Shown here: one piece after another, positions 62,572 through 64,000 of the stretch
How positions within the stretch are numbered: the first letter of the stretch is position 1
Layout of the letters: every line of letters starts with the position of its first letter
NCBI GenBank assembly: GCA_963792965.1
Contig: CAWBYW010000009.1
Coordinates: forward strand, 96,001 to 160,000
Direction: 5' to 3'
Source: an uncultured delta proteobacterium
GTDB lineage: Bacteria > Desulfobacterota > Zymogenia > Zymogenales > Zymogenaceae
DNA: 64,000 bases
Made by a program: the position numbers and the translations under genes
The notes under the pieces: model-generated
The model's database searches: none
The model's input: only the letters and a program-made list of their open reading frames with translations
What the model was told of the DNA's origin: nothing

Positions 62572-62952
62572 TCACTTCTCTTTCTCTGAAAGGTCTGAGA
62601 GCCTTCTTTCCATCGTCTCGATCCGCGACTTCAGCGCACCGATAGTACCCTCAATGGCGGTTCTTTCCTCTTCCGGACTCAGCGAGGGAGAAGGGACGGA
62701 GTCAGGATAGTTTGGAAACGAATCGTAGCCCCGTCCGCGTCCTCCTCCCCGCCGCCACGCCATTCCCATCCCGGACCCGGGCATCGCCCTTCCCCGACCC
62801 CGGGCAAGCCCGAGGCCGCCGGAAAAGAATCTACCAACGGCTCCAGAGACCGAGTTCATGAATCCAGGTGCGTCGAAGCCCGAGCAGTATCCCATTCCCC
62901 TTCCGGTGCGCGGCCCCATTCCCTGGGGACCGGTTCTGTCTCCTCTCGGCAT
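62572..62952 (-). CDS. DUF5320 family protein
   Basis: MPRGDRTGPQGMGPRTGRGMGYC, Gly/Arg-rich middle, C-terminal coiled coil. Confidence 0.85.
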   Translation of the reverse strand: MPRGDRTGPQGMGPRTGRGMGYCSGFDAPGFMNSVSGAVGRFFSGGLGLARGRGRAMPGSGMGMAWRRGGGRGRGYDSFPNYPDSVPSPSLSPEEERTAIEGTIGALKSRIETMERRLSDLSEKEK

Positions 62953-62972
62953 ATCAATACCTCCTTTCAGTG

Positions 62973-63374
62973 CTACGGATTGTTATTGTCTTCCGTACCC
63001 CTCCATCTCCTGCGTCTGCACCCGACTCCTCTGCCCATGCACGGGATGGACATCTCGTCGAGTGTGCCTCGGATGAGCGCCTCCACCGCGCATACCGCGT
63101 CGCCGGCTATCCGGGAATAGACGGTAACTCCGAGGTTTGTCATGCTCTGCCACGTAATCACGTCAATTGCCGAGCAGATAAAAACGTCCACGCCCTCATT
63201 TTTCAGCCAGTGGGCCATCTGGAGCGGATGGATCCCGATAAGGCGGACAATCTCCTCGTTGATAATTCGGGTATCCGACACGGTCACAAAGAGCATCCTC
63301 TGGGCTGTATCGAACCGAGGCGCGATACGTTTTTCCAGAAGAGGAACGGCAATTCGATAAGTGGCTCCATCCAT
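62973..63374 (-). CDS. NifB/NifX family protein (start uncertain)
   Basis: RIAVPLLEKRIAPRFDTA, GVDVFICSAI, Arg-rich tail. Confidence 0.75.
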   Translation of the reverse strand: MDGATYRIAVPLLEKRIAPRFDTAQRMLFVTVSDTRIINEEIVRLIGIHPLQMAHWLKNEGVDVFICSAIDVITWQSMTNLGVTVYSRIAGDAVCAVEALIRGTLDEMSIPCMGRGVGCRRRRWRGTEDNNNP

Positions 63375-63388
63375 ACTACTAATAGATT

Positions 63389-63403
63389 GCAACAGTCGTG
63401 CCA
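63389..63403 (-). promoter_or_regulatory. sigma54 -24/-12 promoter of the orp-like operon
   Basis: Minus strand TGGCAC-GACTG-TTGC; IHF-like ATTCAACATATTA near 63442. Confidence 0.8.
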
Positions 63404-63624
63404 ATCACCAGGCAGAGATACATGTCTGAAAATAGCAGTCAATTCAACATATTAGAAACATGATCAACGCCGGGAATTGTGGCGAACGGGATGGCGAGAA
63501 ATACGGTTTCATAAATGCAATCATTTGAGAGCAGACAATTGCAGAAATGATACTATTTGACTTGTCTTAAGCAGGCCAATGATTGTAGGAAACGAGTAGG
63601 TTTGACGATACCAGTCCAGGATTA

Positions 63625-64000
63625 TTAGAGCAACTGGTGCTTTTTCATCTTTCTCCAGAGGGTGGACTTATTCAGATTGAGGGCTTGAGCGGTCTTCACT
63701 CTGCTTCCCTTAAAACGAGCGAGTGTCTCCGCGATAACCTGTCTCTCGGCCTCTGCTGTCACGTCTCTGCAGTCGCGCGGATCAGCGGAGATTTGCACTC
63801 CACTCGCAGAAACATCGCCAAGGGTGGCTCCTCCGAATATCTCCTGAGGAAGATCTCTTGCGGTAATCCATTCCGATCGACAGAGAACAGCCCCGTGCTC
63901 GATGATATTTTCCAGTTCCCTCACGTTTCCAGAATAATCGTAGCGCATAAGATGATCCAGCACTTCGTCGCTTACCCCGGCGATCTCCTTGCCCAGCTTC
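63625..64000 (-). CDS. sigma54-dependent activator (bEBP), C-terminal part (OrpR-like by context)
   Basis: YDYSGNVRELENIIE AAA+ lid and Fis HTH TAQALNLNKSTLWRKMKK; truncated by window end. Confidence 0.9.
   Translation of the reverse strand, partial: KLGKEIAGVSDEVLDHLMRYDYSGNVRELENIIEHGAVLCRSEWITARDLPQEIFGGATLGDVSASGVQISADPRDCRDVTAEAERQVIAETLARFKGSRVKTAQALNLNKSTLWRKMKKHQLL

Overview
GC-rich bacterial chromosomal segment. Gene order and content (yebC-ruvCAB-hyp-ftsEX-envC-ctpA-yibQ, gatCAB-asmA-mtnA-pcnB, an orp-type cluster) point to an anaerobic deltaproteobacterium (Desulfobacterota-like); this is an inference. Many genes, including essential gatB, are split by single-base frameshifts, most likely assembly or long-read errors. 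Layout: (1) 1-5.4 kb, a fatty-acid/alcohol metabolism block. (2) 5.4-12.6 kb, an accessory region with four stand-alone V4R/XylR-N sensor-domain genes, a decayed fifth fragment, three sigma54 (-24/-12) promoters (two with matching IHF-like site and upstream palindrome), and two unannotated paralogous 28-aa Met-rich membrane peptides showing purifying selection. This is the best candidate for an undescribed system. (3) 12.8-51.8 kb, mostly housekeeping and envelope genes. (4) tRNA-Pro(TGG), followed by an IHF site, a 10-bp-period repeat run and a tyrosine-integrase remnant (island scar). (5) 52.4-64 kb, a sigma54/bEBP-controlled Orange-protein-like (orp) operon with NifB/NifX proteins, 4Fe-4S ATPases, Mrp, CoADR-rhodanese, TrmO and a CDF transporter. 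All calls come from reading the sequence and motifs; no database searches were run.
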